The notes under the pieces were generated by a model. The model was not told the origin of the DNA, made no database searches, and worked only from the letters and a program-made list of their open reading frames with translations. A stretch of DNA of 64,000 bases from Macrostomum lignano (lineage: Eukaryota), in contig NIVC01000280.1 in the NCBI GenBank assembly GCA_002269645.1, positions 558,001-622,000 of the forward strand. The letters are read 5' to 3'. Position 1 is the stretch's first letter; every line of letters begins with the position of its first letter. The translations under genes were made by a program, and so were the position numbers. Below are positions 62,835 through 64,000 of the stretch, in pieces.

Positions 62835-63085
62835 GATTACACCGGCCCCAATAGGACCAGTTGTGCAACCGACAGCTCAGCCGCAGCTATTGCGCGGCGC
62901 ATCTGAAGGCTGTTCAGTCCATGGACGGGGGGTCACAACACGCACCCATATTAGAGCTGGGTGAACTGAAGCAATGCACAGAGTTAAGCGTCTTGCTCAA
63001 GGACACAAATAGTGTCCAGTGGGATCGGGAATCGAACCGGGACCTTCAAGTCGTGAGTCCGACACTAACCACTAGGCTACAACCC
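62835..63085 (-). mobile_element. tRNA-derived SINE with CORE-like (MIR-type) domain
   Basis: Minus strand: A box TAGCCTAGTGG, B box GGTTCGATTCC, then gtgtccttgagcaagacgcttaactc..cttcagttcacccagctctaatatggg, resembling the MIR core gtgaccttgggcaag..cttaacct..ctcagtttcctcatctgtaaaatggg. Confidence 0.8.
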
Positions 63086-63149
63086 TTATACTAGGGGGTG
63101 CTCCTATATTTTATTCCTTTTTAAGACGATCATTAAGTAAAAATAGGCG

Positions 63150-63325
63150 TGCAATCTAAAAATAGCAACAGCATTTTCTCTCCCCAGTGTACATGTACAC
63201 TAATCTAAAAATAGCAACAGCAACATCCTCTCCCAATGTACATGTTGCATTGTACACTTAATCTAAAAATAGTAACCATGTCTTCCTATCCAGATGTACA
63301 CCCAATCTAAAAATAGCCACAGCAT
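63150..63325. repeat. Degenerate ~50-bp tandem repeat (atctaaaaatagcaacagca...) x4
   Basis: Direct reading. Confidence 0.7.
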
Positions 63326-64000
63326 TATTTAAATCCTTCATGATTCGCCGCTTATAAATGCAATTACGAGTACAATAGTAAAAATATGGCTAATTGGCTT
63401 AGTTACGAGTATATAGATTTGTACTCCAGTAATATTTTAGTAACTATCGAGTATCAAATGACACAATCTGTAAATGATATACTGTATTTTTAGTTAGTCT
63501 TCCATTAACTTTTTTTATTAATTAATAAGCATTGAGTTTTGTGCTCATCAACGAGGATGGTTGGTTGAAATTATATTTTCAGTACTGCTAATAAGTAGTA
63601 GTAAAAAAAATATTTTCGGTCTATTTAAATTTCAGCTATTTCCTTAATCGAGAATTAGTACTCACTTAATTTTCTTTTTCTTGGATTTTCGTATTACTAT
63701 TAATTAAATAAATGAAGCACTGAGGGTGCTTGCTTACCTGAACTTTTTGACCCAGCAATTGTCACAAAAATTATTTTTGAAATATCAAGTCAATTGATTT
63801 GCTTCTTTGTTGATTGTTATTTCTGTTAAACTGAATGGAGTTTCATCGGGTTGCCTAATTTAGTTCAGGCTGTATCTGAGCTAGGTAGCAATGGAGTGCT
63901 TATTGTGTAGTAGAAGGCAGGTAGGGGGGTGTTTACATTCGCTCAGAGCATCCTTCAATGCATTCTGTTTCAGCTTAGGTCTCAGAGCATCGTTGCATCA

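Noticed and set aside
63020-63085. Functional tRNA gene
   Set aside because: No convincing acceptor stem, and it is followed directly by a CORE-like domain, so it is a SINE head

Overview
This is animal genomic DNA, not prokaryotic. GC3-rich exons separated by satellite-filled introns and the DEG/ENaC type suggest a free-living flatworm such as Macrostomum (inference). I rebuilt seven spliced genes by hand, and exon phases close correctly in all of them: the 3' part of a protocadherin (+), a complete DEG/ENaC channel (+), a single-exon NFIL3/PAR-like bZIP (-), PDIA3/ERp57 (+), CHMP1B (-), PGS1 (-) and a C1-RA-SARAH RASSF gene (+). Most long ORFs in the supplied track are artefacts of tandem repeats. 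Two AT-rich, satellite-poor domains (~30.7-37 kb and ~50.6-58.5 kb) cover gene 5' ends and hold transposons the ORF track misses: a ~1.9-kb foldback element, a hAT MITE nested in an older hAT-like element plus a second MITE copy, a 9-bp-TSD MITE inserted in a LINE, and a decayed FLYWCH-MULE transposase. A CORE-type SINE lies at 62.8-63.1 kb. Leading leads: (i) a possible PGS1-CHMP1B trans-spliced operon in which PGS1 may get its start codon from the spliced leader; (ii) a MULE/foldback family with shared GGGTCT termini; (iii) an abrupt within-gene switch from AT-rich to GC3-rich, satellite-laden sequence; (iv) a DEG/ENaC with non-canonical pore motifs; (v) a bZIP whose zipper appears replaced by an unrecognised domain. 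All counts were made by eye, and no database searches were run.
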